Part shown: positions 17,909 to 27,548 of the stretch, piece by piece | Layout of the letters: each line of letters begins with the position of its first letter | How positions within the stretch are numbered: position 1 is the first letter of the stretch | Origin: Candidatus Krumholzibacteriota bacterium | GTDB taxonomy: Bacteria; Krumholzibacteriota; Krumholzibacteriia; JAJRXK01 | Reading direction: 5' to 3' | NCBI GenBank assembly: GCA_963727455.1 | Contig: CAVSGG010000006.1 | Location: forward strand, 135,483-199,482 | Length of the DNA stretch: 64,000 nt | Position numbers and translations under genes: made by a program | Notes under the pieces: generated by a model | What the model saw: only the letters and a program-made list of their open reading frames with translations | The model's database searches: none | Told to the model about the DNA's origin: nothing

Positions 17909-20900
17909 ATGTTTGCGATGAAGACGACGACCGCACAGAGTGTCAGCTCCACCCGTCTCAAGGCCCGCCTTCGAGCCGAGCTGAAGCGACTACGCCTGCG
18001 CATCCTCGGCAACGGCTTCTTGATGCTGCTGGGAAGCGCGGGGCTGGTCTTGGCGGCCACGGTCTTGGCCTTTCCCCTCTGGTCGAAAGCGGGGCCCGGG
18101 GCCGCGGGTATCTGGTGGACAGTGCTGCTCCTCGCCCTGATCTGGGTGGCAGTAGTTGGAGTCCTCGCTCCGCTGCGCCGCCTCGCCAACTTACGCGCGT
18201 TCAGCCGACAGCTCGAGCACCACGGGAGCTACGCAAACCTGCTGGAGACGGCTACCCAATTCAGTTCCTCGCGGGCGGAGGATCCCCTCGCAAGCGGCGC
18301 TTCTTCGGAACTGGTCGAGGAAATCTTGCGGCGCGCGTGCCTCAAGGCGGAGGCGACAGCGCTCGCACCGCAGATTCCATTGCTCGGCGTGGGCAGGCAC
18401 ACCCTGCTCGCTCTCTTGGCCCTGGGCCTTTGGTTCGTTCTGGCCATCACCTCCCCGGCGCGCATCGCTGATTCCATGCGAGCACTCACTCAGCCGGAGC
18501 GCCTGGCGAAGCGTCCTCCGGAAAGCGGACTCTACACCGTGTCCGGCGACCTCGCTCTGCCGGTGGGCGCCACTGCGGACCTGCGCGCGCGCGACCTCAT
18601 CGGCGGCAAGGAGCCGGTGGTCCTGCAGGTTTCCTACACGGGTGATTACTGGCAGGACTTGCCCACCAAGGACCTCACGCCCGATCCAACGCGAAGCCCG
18701 TACCTGGAGATTCACGCCGCAGTGCAGCAGGTGGAGGATCCCTTCCGCTATCGCTTCCGCAAGGGGACCCTCTTCACGAGAGCGCACGAAGTGCGCATCG
18801 TGGAGCGCCCTGTGGTGCGCAATCTCGCCGCGCGCATGATTCCCCCGGCGTATACCGGCTTGGCCACGACGCAGCAGGACGATCTGGGGGGCACCACCAC
18901 CGTGCTCAGCGGCACTACCGTGATTCTGGAGGGGCGGGCGAGTGTAGCTCTGGGCAGCGCGACTCGCATCATGGAAGGCAAGGGCGGAGAAATTCCCTTT
19001 GCGCTCAACGGCGCCGAGTTCAGCGATACCCTGCGGGTGGACCAAGACCTCGCCTTCTCAATCGCGTTGAAGGGGAAGGAGGGCATCGCCGGAGATTCGG
19101 CGATCCTCTACCGCTTCAATGCCATCGCGGATGAACCGCCCAGCGTGCGTCTGACTGCTCCCGCTCCCGAATATTCTCTCGACCGGGACCTCATGGTGCA
19201 AGTCGAGGGTTTGGCGGCCGACGACGTCGGACTGCACCAGGTCGATCTCCTCTACAAGACCCCCGAGGACCAGGACTGGCGGCGCGCGCATCTGGTGGAG
19301 GATGCTCAACCGAAAGTAAGCAACGATGCGATCACCGATCTGCAAATCGACGCGGGAGAGAAGGAGCTCGCTCTGGCATTCACCTGGCACCTGGGTGACG
19401 TGCACCTCTTTCCCGGTGATTTTCTGAGTTACTGTCTCGAGGCCGTCGATAACGACGCGCTGGTGGGTGGACAGCGAACGAAGAGCCTGGTGCAGCACCT
19501 GCGCCTGCCCACCGTGTCCGAGGTTCTCAAGAACCAACGGGGTGAGCGTAGCCAGCAAAACGACCAGCTGAAGGGAATGCTGGATGAGGGCGAGCAACTG
19601 CAACAGAACCTGGACCGGCTTCGCCGCGAGCTTCTGAAGAACCCCAAACCCGATTGGACCAAACAGCAGGAGATCGAGAAGGCGCTCGAGGACCAGAAGG
19701 CGTTCCAGGAGAAGGCGCTGAAGGCGGCCGAGCGCATGAACGCCATGCTCGAGGAGTTTCAGAAGAACAACTCGGGAAGTCTCGAGATGTTGCAGAAGAT
19801 GGAGACCATTCAGGAGTTGCTGGAGAAACTGAAGGACGCCAACCTCGACAGCTATTTGAAGGCGATGAAGGAAGCGATGGACAAGCTTTCGCCTTCACAG
19901 ATGCAACAGGCGATGGAGGATGCCGCCACCGCGCAAGAGGAGTGGAACCGTCGACTGGACCGCAGCATCGAATTGCTGCGCAAACTCGAACGTGAACACA
20001 CGATGGACGAATTGATGGAGGAGACGGCCGAGGCGCTCTCCCGTCAGGAGGAACTCCAGCGCGCGCTGGACAAGAAGGCCGATTCAAAGGAGCAGGGCAA
20101 ATCCTCCCGGCAAGATTCGCTCGGCACGAAAACCGCCCCTCCGAAGTCGGAATCCGAATCCGAGAACGACAAGTCCGCGCAGATGAGCCCGGAGGAGGTC
20201 GCGCGTCTGCAGAAGAAGCTCGCCGAACAGACCGAGGCTCTGGAAAAGAGACTCCAAGAGGAACTGCAAAAGCTGGAAGAACAGAGAGAGTCGGGAAAGG
20301 CAGACGATCCCTCGTCCAAGGAGATGCAGGACGCGCTGCAGGACGCTCAGAAGCAGATGAATCAGGAGGGTAAGGCTTCCGACTCCATGAAGGACGCCGG
20401 CGATCAGCTCCAAGAGCAGGACTCCCAGAAGGTCACGAAGGAGATGCAGGAGGCGATGGATCGACTCATCAGCCTCTACAAGGTCCTGTCCGAGGGCAAA
20501 GGCAATATGACGATAGCGAACAAGAGTTTCGCGATCGAGAAACTACAACAGACCGCCTACGACCTGCTCCGCGTCAGTTTCGAGGAAGAGCAAGTGGTAA
20601 GGCTGCTGGACGGTGGAGTCAGGGACCAACGCGTGCGCCCCATCACTCGCCAACAGGCGCGCCTCACGCGCGGAACTTCCAAACTCTCGGACGACCTGAA
20701 CGAGCTTGGCAAAAAGAACTTCCTCATCGGCGAGAAGCTTCTGCAAAGCATGCGCGACCTGGTGGAGACCATGGAAGCTTCGACCCACCAGCTGGAGTAT
20801 TCGAGGCCGCAACGCGCCCACCAAGAAGCCGAAACTTCGATGGGAATGATGAACAAGATCGTAATCGGTCTATTAACCGCGGCCGAGCAGCAGGGAAAGG

Positions 20901-21472
20901 GCTCTGGTAGCGGGTCCAGCCAGTCTCAGCAGATGAAGCAGATGGCGGGCGATCAATCGCGTCTCAACTCCATTACGAAGGAGCTTCAGGAGCGGATGGG
21001 ACAGGGGGGACTCAGCCCGGAGGAGATAGGCCGTCTCGCCCAGCTGCGTGCCATGCAGGAGCAGATTCGGCGACAGCTCGACGAGCTGCGCAAGTCACTC
21101 GACGACAAACGCCGCGTGCTGGGAGACCTCGATCAGCTCTCGGACGAGATGGAGCGCTCCGCACGGGATCTACAGTCCGGACGGCTCGATGCGAACACCC
21201 GGCAACGCCAGGATCGAATTCTTTCCCGGCTCTTGGACGCCGAGCGCTCGGTGCGTGAAAGGGACTTTGCGAAGCGCCGCGAATCGAAATCGGCGGAGCA
21301 GCTCTATCAACAGCAGGAAGGCACTCAGTTCTCCGAAGGACGTGAGGATCGCAAGCGCGAGCTGCGGCGCTGGCTCGCGCCTGACGCGGCGCCCCGCGAG
21401 TACCAGGACGAAGTGCGGCGTTATTTCCGGCGCATCCAGGACGAACTCTCGGCCAAGGAAGAAACGAAATGA
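17909..21472 (+). CDS. DUF4175-like membrane protein (N-terminal TMs, beta/Ig-like region, long Q/E-rich coiled coil)
   Basis: Three TM segments; PPAYTG, D.PP.V, ADDVGL, YCLEAVDND; coiled-coil tail with RQ.RI.SRLLDAERS.RER and P.EY...V.RYF. Confidence 0.75.
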   Translation: MFAMKTTTAQSVSSTRLKARLRAELKRLRLRILGNGFLMLLGSAGLVLAATVLAFPLWSKAGPGAAGIWWTVLLLALIWVAVVGVLAPLRRLANLRAFSRQLEHHGSYANLLETATQFSSSRAEDPLASGASSELVEEILRRACLKAEATALAPQIPLLGVGRHTLLALLALGLWFVLAITSPARIADSMRALTQPERLAKRPPESGLYTVSGDLALPVGATADLRARDLIGGKEPVVLQVSYTGDYWQDLPTKDLTPDPTRSPYLEIHAAVQQVEDPFRYRFRKGTLFTRAHEVRIVERPVVRNLAARMIPPAYTGLATTQQDDLGGTTTVLSGTTVILEGRASVALGSATRIMEGKGGEIPFALNGAEFSDTLRVDQDLAFSIALKGKEGIAGDSAILYRFNAIADEPPSVRLTAPAPEYSLDRDLMVQVEGLAADDVGLHQVDLLYKTPEDQDWRRAHLVEDAQPKVSNDAITDLQIDAGEKELALAFTWHLGDVHLFPGDFLSYCLEAVDNDALVGGQRTKSLVQHLRLPTVSEVLKNQRGERSQQNDQLKGMLDEGEQLQQNLDRLRRELLKNPKPDWTKQQEIEKALEDQKAFQEKALKAAERMNAMLEEFQKNNSGSLEMLQKMETIQELLEKLKDANLDSYLKAMKEAMDKLSPSQMQQAMEDAATAQEEWNRRLDRSIELLRKLEREHTMDELMEETAEALSRQEELQRALDKKADSKEQGKSSRQDSLGTKTAPPKSESESENDKSAQMSPEEVARLQKKLAEQTEALEKRLQEELQKLEEQRESGKADDPSSKEMQDALQDAQKQMNQEGKASDSMKDAGDQLQEQDSQKVTKEMQEAMDRLISLYKVLSEGKGNMTIANKSFAIEKLQQTAYDLLRVSFEEEQVVRLLDGGVRDQRVRPITRQQARLTRGTSKLSDDLNELGKKNFLIGEKLLQSMRDLVETMEASTHQLEYSRPQRAHQEAETSMGMMNKIVIGLLTAAEQQGKGSGSGSSQSQQMKQMAGDQSRLNSITKELQERMGQGGLSPEEIGRLAQLRAMQEQIRRQLDELRKSLDDKRRVLGDLDQLSDEMERSARDLQSGRLDANTRQRQDRILSRLLDAERSVRERDFAKRRESKSAEQLYQQQEGTQFSEGREDRKRELRRWLAPDAAPREYQDEVRRYFRRIQDELSAKEETK

Positions 21473-23439
21473 GATTCCCGAACGCAGTTTTCTTCCTCGG
21501 GGTCTGTTTCTTTGCCGCACCCGTCGCTGCCGCTCGAGCCCAGGACGACGCTCGCAGCGCTCCCCAAATTCTGCAGGAGGCGCCCGCCGACAGCAGTGGA
21601 AGCTCGATTCGACAGCTGAGAGCTCTCCAGAACGCGAAGTTACTCGCGGCCCGTGGTCGCTCCGATGAAGCGATTGCACAGTTGGAGAGCTACCTCAAAC
21701 AGAACGGGGACGATCCTACCATCGTGCGCGAGTTGGTCGGCCTGTACCAAGATGCGCGTCGCTTCAGTGAGCTGGAAAAGCTCCTGAAAAGTCAGCTCGC
21801 TCAGAGCGGGGGGGTGGACGTCGGCACGCTGCGGCTCTTGGCACAGGCTCAGTTCGAATTGGGCAAGGACGACGAGGGGATCGCCAACCTGCGGAAAATC
21901 CTGAAGGCCCACGAGGGCGAGCCCTCCTACGCGCGCATGGTGGCGACGGTACTCGGTCGCTACAAGCACGACGATGACGCGCTCGCAGTGCTGCTTCAGG
22001 CCCGCAAACAGTCGCACGATCCCAATGCTCTCGCGCAACAGCTCGGGTCGACCTACCTCCGCATGGGGAAGCCGGTGGAGGCGGTGGGCGAATATCTGCG
22101 AGTAATCCTGGACACTCCGATGAACGTGGAATTGATGCGCGCACAGATTCTAGACGTCAGAGACGCCCACCCGAAGGCGGCTCCCGCCATTCGCGCCACC
22201 TGCGAGAAGATCTACCAGGAGCATCCGGCCGTCCCGGAACTGGGTTTAGTGCTGGGAGAGTTGCGACAGCTAGACGGCGAGAGTCAGGCCGCATGGGAAG
22301 TGATCGAGCCTCTCTTGGACATGAATCAGTTGAAGAGCGACCTCTTGCAAATGGCCCTCGCGGGCTTGGCCGAGAGCAGGCTACCTGCCAGTGATTCTAG
22401 CTCGAATTTGAAGCGGCTCCGTCTCAGCCAGAGAATTCTGGCCGGGCTTTTGTCGAAGGAGCGGCTACCCAGGACTTTGCAGCCGCGCGCGTTCGATGCC
22501 TTGACCCGTACCTGGATCGCGCTCTTGGCCAACTCCTCCTTCGACGAGCTGTCCAAGGCGGACCAGAAGCAGATCTTGAACGGAGCCAGGACAACGTTGC
22601 TCACGATGATGGAGCGCTTTCCCAACGACAAGCACACCACCGACTCACTCCTGCGCCTCGCGAGGGCCTACGTGGAACTTCTACACCAACCCGAGGATGC
22701 CATCGCCCTCTATCGACGCATCCAGATGAACCCCAACGTGAACGTCGACGACATGGAGACGGCGCGCGTCGGATTGGGACAGGCCTACATGGCGGCGGGC
22801 GACACCACCCAGGCACGCACACTGTTCGAGACGATGGGTCGGGACATGAACTTCGTCGACGGCCAGGGTCGCGCTCACTTCCATCTGGGTCAGCTCGATT
22901 TCATGGGCGGGGAATTCGAGCGCGCCAAGGATCGCTTGCGCGCGGTGGCCTTCGAGGCGCCTTCGGCCTCCTATACCAATGACGCGCTCGACCTTGCGCT
23001 GCTCTTGGCCGAGGAGTCCATGGGGGACAATGACCAGGCCGGACTCAGGCGCTACGGACGCGCTCTTTACTTCAAAACGGTGGGGGAGAACGATTCGCTG
23101 CTGACTCAGTTGAAGATTCTCAGCGAGAAGAAGTCGCCTGTACTGAGGGCGCGAGCGCAGCTCGATCTGGCGCAGTACTGGTCGGATGCCGGCAAGACCG
23201 CGCGCGCCTTGGCCCAGGTCGACAGCCTTTTGTCTCAAGCACCGGATAGCCGTCTGGCACCTCGGGCGCTCGAACTCCAAGGCGATCTCCTTCTGCGCCA
23301 AGGCAAGAGCTCGCAGGCGCGAGCCGCTTACGCGCGTCTGCTCGAGAACTACGAGGACTACATCTTCATCGAAACGGTCCGCGACAAGATTCGCGGGATC
23401 GACGCCGCCAAGACAAAAGAAAAAGGGAATCTGCCATGA
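21469..23439 (+). CDS. Exported tetratricopeptide-repeat protein
   Basis: Signal peptide; repeated LAQAQFELG, LGQAYMAAG, ALELQGDLLL TPR helices; ATGA-coupled to both neighbours. Confidence 0.8.
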   Translation: MRFPNAVFFLGVCFFAAPVAAARAQDDARSAPQILQEAPADSSGSSIRQLRALQNAKLLAARGRSDEAIAQLESYLKQNGDDPTIVRELVGLYQDARRFSELEKLLKSQLAQSGGVDVGTLRLLAQAQFELGKDDEGIANLRKILKAHEGEPSYARMVATVLGRYKHDDDALAVLLQARKQSHDPNALAQQLGSTYLRMGKPVEAVGEYLRVILDTPMNVELMRAQILDVRDAHPKAAPAIRATCEKIYQEHPAVPELGLVLGELRQLDGESQAAWEVIEPLLDMNQLKSDLLQMALAGLAESRLPASDSSSNLKRLRLSQRILAGLLSKERLPRTLQPRAFDALTRTWIALLANSSFDELSKADQKQILNGARTTLLTMMERFPNDKHTTDSLLRLARAYVELLHQPEDAIALYRRIQMNPNVNVDDMETARVGLGQAYMAAGDTTQARTLFETMGRDMNFVDGQGRAHFHLGQLDFMGGEFERAKDRLRAVAFEAPSASYTNDALDLALLLAEESMGDNDQAGLRRYGRALYFKTVGENDSLLTQLKILSEKKSPVLRARAQLDLAQYWSDAGKTARALAQVDSLLSQAPDSRLAPRALELQGDLLLRQGKSSQARAAYARLLENYEDYIFIETVRDKIRGIDAAKTKEKGNLP

Positions 23440-24731
23440 TCTCCAAGCTTCCGAGAGTTCGTTTCGTGCCAATGCTCGTGCTGGTGTTGTTGGTGTTGGC
23501 GATCGGCGTATCCGTCCGCGGAGTCGCTATCGCAAGCGACATACTCGTCCCCATGGATATGAAGCAGGAGAACCACCTCAAGGCCTACGGCTTGGCCTTC
23601 AAGGCGCTCAAGAAGCATATGCCGGTGAGCTGGCTGCTCAACTACCGTGGCGGCAGCTTCCTCATACCGAATGGCTCCGTATTGGAGCCACAAGCCCGAC
23701 TCATGGGAGTCACCACCACGCGAGTGAGCGCCGGCGAGGTGGCGCGTATCCGCGCGATCATCGCCAAGGAGAACATGGATGAAGTGCTGCTGGAAGTTCC
23801 ACCGCGGATCGCGATCTATGCGCCGCCCAACTTCCAGCCCTGGGATGACGCCGTAACCCTGGCCTTGAGCTACGCTGAAATCGACTTCGACACGGTGTTC
23901 GATTCGGAGGTTCTGGCGGGCAAGCTGAGCAACTATGACTGGTTGCATCTTCACCATGAGGACTTCACCGGGCAGTACGGCAAGTTCTACGGGTCTTTCA
24001 AGGATCAACCCTGGTACAAGCAACAGAAGAAGCTCTTCGAGACCATCGCTACCGCGCACGGTTTCAAGAGCGTGAGAGAGCTCAAGGGAGCAGTAGCTCT
24101 CACCATCAAGCAATTCGTGGTCAACGGCGGCTTTCTCTTCGCCATGTGTTCCGCCACCGACACCTTCGACATTGCCCTGGCCGGTCTCGGAGTGGATTTT
24201 GTCGATCGGCCCTTCGACGGAACTCCGGTCGACCCGGATTACCGGAGTAAGCTCGACTTTTCTCGCTGCCTCGCCTTCGAGAATTTTACTCTTTACACCA
24301 ACCCCCTGGAGTATGAATTCAGCAACATCGACACTTCGAACTACGCGCGTCTGAGGGGGCCGGAGGCCGATTACTTCACCCTCTTCAATTTTGCCGCCAA
24401 GTACGATCCGGTGCCGACCATGCTGACCCAGGACCACGTGAACGTGATCAACGGCTTCATGGGACAGACCACGGGTTTCAAAAAGGAACTGCTCAAGAAA
24501 AACGTGGTGATCCTGGCCGAGGTGGAGGGCGCGGACGAGGTCAAGTATCTCCACGGCAATCTGGGGAAGGGTACTTTCACCTTTTACGGGGGACACGATC
24601 CGGAGGACTATACCCACGCGGTGGGAGATCCTCCAACCGATCTCGATCTTCACCCGCACTCGCCGGGCTATCGGCTCATTTTGAACAACATTCTCTTCCC
24701 CGCTGCGAAAAAGAAGCCCCAAAAGACCTGA
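23436..24731 (+). CDS. Conserved exported protein of the family often labelled 'asparagine synthetase B' in Bacteroidota; real function unknown
   Basis: ILVPMD..Q.NHLKAYG, WLLNYRGGSF, PWDDAVTLAL.YAEI, DWLHLHHEDFTGQYGKFY, FAMCSATD, GGHDPEDY. Has a signal peptide and lacks the N-terminal Cys/Ntn domain of true AsnB. Confidence 0.75.
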   Translation: MISKLPRVRFVPMLVLVLLVLAIGVSVRGVAIASDILVPMDMKQENHLKAYGLAFKALKKHMPVSWLLNYRGGSFLIPNGSVLEPQARLMGVTTTRVSAGEVARIRAIIAKENMDEVLLEVPPRIAIYAPPNFQPWDDAVTLALSYAEIDFDTVFDSEVLAGKLSNYDWLHLHHEDFTGQYGKFYGSFKDQPWYKQQKKLFETIATAHGFKSVRELKGAVALTIKQFVVNGGFLFAMCSATDTFDIALAGLGVDFVDRPFDGTPVDPDYRSKLDFSRCLAFENFTLYTNPLEYEFSNIDTSNYARLRGPEADYFTLFNFAAKYDPVPTMLTQDHVNVINGFMGQTTGFKKELLKKNVVILAEVEGADEVKYLHGNLGKGTFTFYGGHDPEDYTHAVGDPPTDLDLHPHSPGYRLILNNILFPAAKKKPQKT

Positions 24732-24750
24732 GCGAGGACTGTTTCGGTCC

Positions 24751-24780
24751 TTGACATGGTTTTCGCGCCCTGCGGATAAT
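24751..24780 (+). promoter_or_regulatory. sigma70-type promoter
   Basis: TTGACA 24751-24756, 18 bp, GATAAT 24775-24780. Confidence 0.55.
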
Positions 24781-24935
24781 CAAGCGCCTGCGGACGGTGT
24801 GCGTACGCGCTGCTTCGCGCGTGGGATCGTTCAGTTCTTGAGGGGTGGACTTCCTCGACCATCCGGAGAACACGCCAGGCACGGTCTTCGTGAGAGGGAG
24901 GTGAGTTCTCCGCTCGATCTGGGGCGGAGTTCGGT

Positions 24936-25130
24936 ATGTCGATGAAGGAATTTCCCGTGTGTCAGAAATGTGAGAAGGGTGTCCTGTTACCACTTTCGGA
25001 TTACGGACGCGATGGCGCTCCGATTCAGTACAAGGCCTGGGTGTGTAGCAGTCCGTCTTGCGGGTTCAACATTCGCATCGATAACGGCGAGATCAGTCTT
25101 GGTCGACCGATCGCTCAATCTTCCAAGTAG
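24936..25130 (+). CDS. Small zinc-ribbon protein (64 aa)
   Basis: CQKC and CSSPSC pairs; GGAG RBS; own promoter; protein-like composition. Confidence 0.75.
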   Translation: MSMKEFPVCQKCEKGVLLPLSDYGRDGAPIQYKAWVCSSPSCGFNIRIDNGEISLGRPIAQSSK

Positions 25131-25929
25131 CTTCGCCGTTTTCTTCGGGGCCTAGCCGTTTGAGTGCCCACCAGCTGATCACCACTCCGGCAACCGCCAG
25201 TGCCCAGCCAAGGCGGCCGGTCGTCAGGGTGGTCTCCGTCTGCGTGCTTTTGGGAGACAGGGTGACGAGGCTGACCAGATTGTAGAGACCATGCGCGTAG
25301 ATGCTGGCGCTCAAGTTGCCGGTGCGCAAGAAAATGACTCCCAAAAGCAAGCCCACCGCAATCAGCCCCGCGATGTAGTAGGGTTGCAGGTGTACCGCCG
25401 CGAAGAGCACGGCACACATGGCAACGGCCTCAGCTGCTCCCATGCGCACAAGGGCGGCCTGTTGCAAGAGCCCGCGAAAGACGAGTTCCTCGCCAAAGGG
25501 TGCGACCAGGCAGAGAGTGGCGATCGCCATCGACCAGCTCGCCAGCGAATTCGGGCGCAGCTTCTGCATGCTTTGCAAGACCTCGGGAGGAACGGGAAGA
25601 AGATGCGAATTAAGCGTGGTCAACAGATCGATGGGAAAGATCGAGGCCAGAGTGATGAGAGTGACGAGAGCAAAACTCTTGAGGCCGAGTGATCCGAGGC
25701 GAAAGCTGAGGAGGGGCGCATCGCCCACGGCCCGGGCCAACGCGAACGGCAAGAGGATGAAGACGAGTAGGCTCGAGAGCAGGGCTGCCCAAAGCTCGCT
25801 TCCGAGAAGCTCGCCCAGGCTGAGTTGGACGCTCAAGTTCAAAGCGACCAGGGCCAGAGACAAAATGAAAAGCCGCGTGAAACTCAGGCGATTGAAGAGG
25901 TGGCTGACCCGAGGGCGCGGTGTGATCAT
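25093..25929 (-). CDS. CPBP (Abi/CAAX) family intramembrane metalloprotease
   Basis: Multi-TM protein with EELVFRG, FAAVH and HGLYN motifs. Confidence 0.9.
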   Translation of the reverse strand: MITPRPRVSHLFNRLSFTRLFILSLALVALNLSVQLSLGELLGSELWAALLSSLLVFILLPFALARAVGDAPLLSFRLGSLGLKSFALVTLITLASIFPIDLLTTLNSHLLPVPPEVLQSMQKLRPNSLASWSMAIATLCLVAPFGEELVFRGLLQQAALVRMGAAEAVAMCAVLFAAVHLQPYYIAGLIAVGLLLGVIFLRTGNLSASIYAHGLYNLVSLVTLSPKSTQTETTLTTGRLGWALAVAGVVISWWALKRLGPEENGEATWKIERSVDQD

Positions 25930-25985
25930 GATTGGTTTACACTAACATCATCGTGAAGGGGCGCCACGATCACGGGAGGTTCGGC

Positions 25986-27548
25986 ATGTTCGTCGTGGAT
26001 TCAGCCACGATTCGCGCCATCGACGCGGCGTCGATCGAGGCGGGCGTCATGGGAGTCCACCTCATGGAAGAGGCCGGCGCGGGCGCCGCTCGCATGCTCC
26101 TGGCCAAACCCGATTGGTTGTGGGGCACCACTTTGGTGCTCTGTGGGAGCGGCAACAATGGCGGCGACGGTCTGGTGGTGGCGCGGCTTCTGAAGGGCGA
26201 GGGGCACGAGGTGCGCGCTTTGCTCCTGCAGGACGAGGAGAAGTACCGGGGAGACGTCGCGACCAATCTCGTTCGCGCGCGCGAGGCCGGTGTTCCTCTA
26301 CACACCCTGCGACAGGACGCCGCAGCCGAGCTGCGGGAGATTGCGCGCGAATATCCCGGACGCGCTGTGGTAGATGGAATTCTGGGCACCGGCTTCAGGC
26401 CTCCCCTTCGCGGGCGGATTTTCGACTTGGTCGAGGCGATCAACTCGCTGGGCCGGCGCGTGCTCGCCCTGGATGCACCCAGCGGTCTCGACGCCTCCAC
26501 CGGAGCAGTGGATCCGGTGGCGGTCAGGGCGGATCTGTGCGCGACTTTCGGTCTGGCGAAATGGGGTCTCTTTCTGCCTCCCGGCCGCGGCTATTGTGGA
26601 ACGATCAACACGGTGGCGCTCCCCTTTCCCGAGGAAATCGTAAAGGAGCAAGTGAAGGCGAGTGAGAACTCCGCCCTCTACGTGAACAAAACCCTGGCCT
26701 CGGGATGGTGGAAGCCGAGAGCCTTCGACGCCCACAAGTACTCGGTGGGGAGCTTGCTCGTGGTGGGAGGAAGCACGGGAATGTCGGGCGCCGTTTCCCT
26801 GGCCTCTCTGGCCGCCCTGCGCAGCGGCGCGGGATTGGTGGAGGCTTTGGTGCCGGGAAGCCAGCGCCTCGCGGTCGATGCGAACTGTTTGGAAGTCCTG
26901 GTCCGTCCCATGCCCGAGACGGGGGTGGGTACTCTCTCGCCGGAAACCCTGGGCGAGATCTTGGAACGCTCCGAGCGTCATTCCGCCGTGCTCTTGGGCC
27001 CGGGGCTCGGCGCTGATCTTCAGACTGCGCAACTCGCCATCGAGGCGACGAAGGTGCTGAAGAAGCCCATGCTCGTCGACGCCGATGGGCTCAACGCCTT
27101 TGCGCGGCTGCAGACTCCGCTGCGTCTTCCTGAGGGTTCGGTCATCACCCCGCACACCGGGGAACTTCGTCGCCTGCTCGGAGAGGACGCGGATTTGGCC
27201 GCTGGTCGTGTGGAGAGCGTGAGGCGAGCAGCCGAGGATTTCTCCGTCGTGCTTTTGCACAAGGGAGCGCCCACCATGGTCGCCTCCCCCGATGGCGCCT
27301 TCGCGGTGATTGCTTCGGGCAACTCCGCGCTGGCCAGCGCCGGAACCGGCGATGTTCTGTCGGGGGTCATCGCGGCTCTTCTTGCGGCTGGATATGACGC
27401 CTTCGAGGCCGCGTGCTTGGGAGCTTGGATGCATGGAACGGCGGGTGAGCGCGTGTCGTCCCGGCTCGGCGAGGCGGGACTTCTCGCCCGGGATCTGCTC
27501 GAGGAGTTGGGCCCGGTGGGTCGGCAGTTGCAAGAGGCGAATCGATGA
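25986..27548 (+). CDS. nnr: Bifunctional NAD(P)H-hydrate epimerase/dehydratase (YjeF)
   Basis: LMEEAG, CGSGNNGGDG, DGILGTG, DAPSG, GPGLG, VDADGLN, TPHTGE, GTGDVLSG; GGAGGT RBS. Confidence 0.93.
   Translation: MFVVDSATIRAIDAASIEAGVMGVHLMEEAGAGAARMLLAKPDWLWGTTLVLCGSGNNGGDGLVVARLLKGEGHEVRALLLQDEEKYRGDVATNLVRAREAGVPLHTLRQDAAAELREIAREYPGRAVVDGILGTGFRPPLRGRIFDLVEAINSLGRRVLALDAPSGLDASTGAVDPVAVRADLCATFGLAKWGLFLPPGRGYCGTINTVALPFPEEIVKEQVKASENSALYVNKTLASGWWKPRAFDAHKYSVGSLLVVGGSTGMSGAVSLASLAALRSGAGLVEALVPGSQRLAVDANCLEVLVRPMPETGVGTLSPETLGEILERSERHSAVLLGPGLGADLQTAQLAIEATKVLKKPMLVDADGLNAFARLQTPLRLPEGSVITPHTGELRRLLGEDADLAAGRVESVRRAAEDFSVVLLHKGAPTMVASPDGAFAVIASGNSALASAGTGDVLSGVIAALLAAGYDAFEAACLGAWMHGTAGERVSSRLGEAGLLARDLLEELGPVGRQLQEANR

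Noticed and set aside
25093-25929. CPBP/Abi protease as a phage-defence or bacteriocin-immunity locus
   Set aside because: No neighbouring defence, bacteriocin or mobile genes; the family is widespread in housekeeping contexts.
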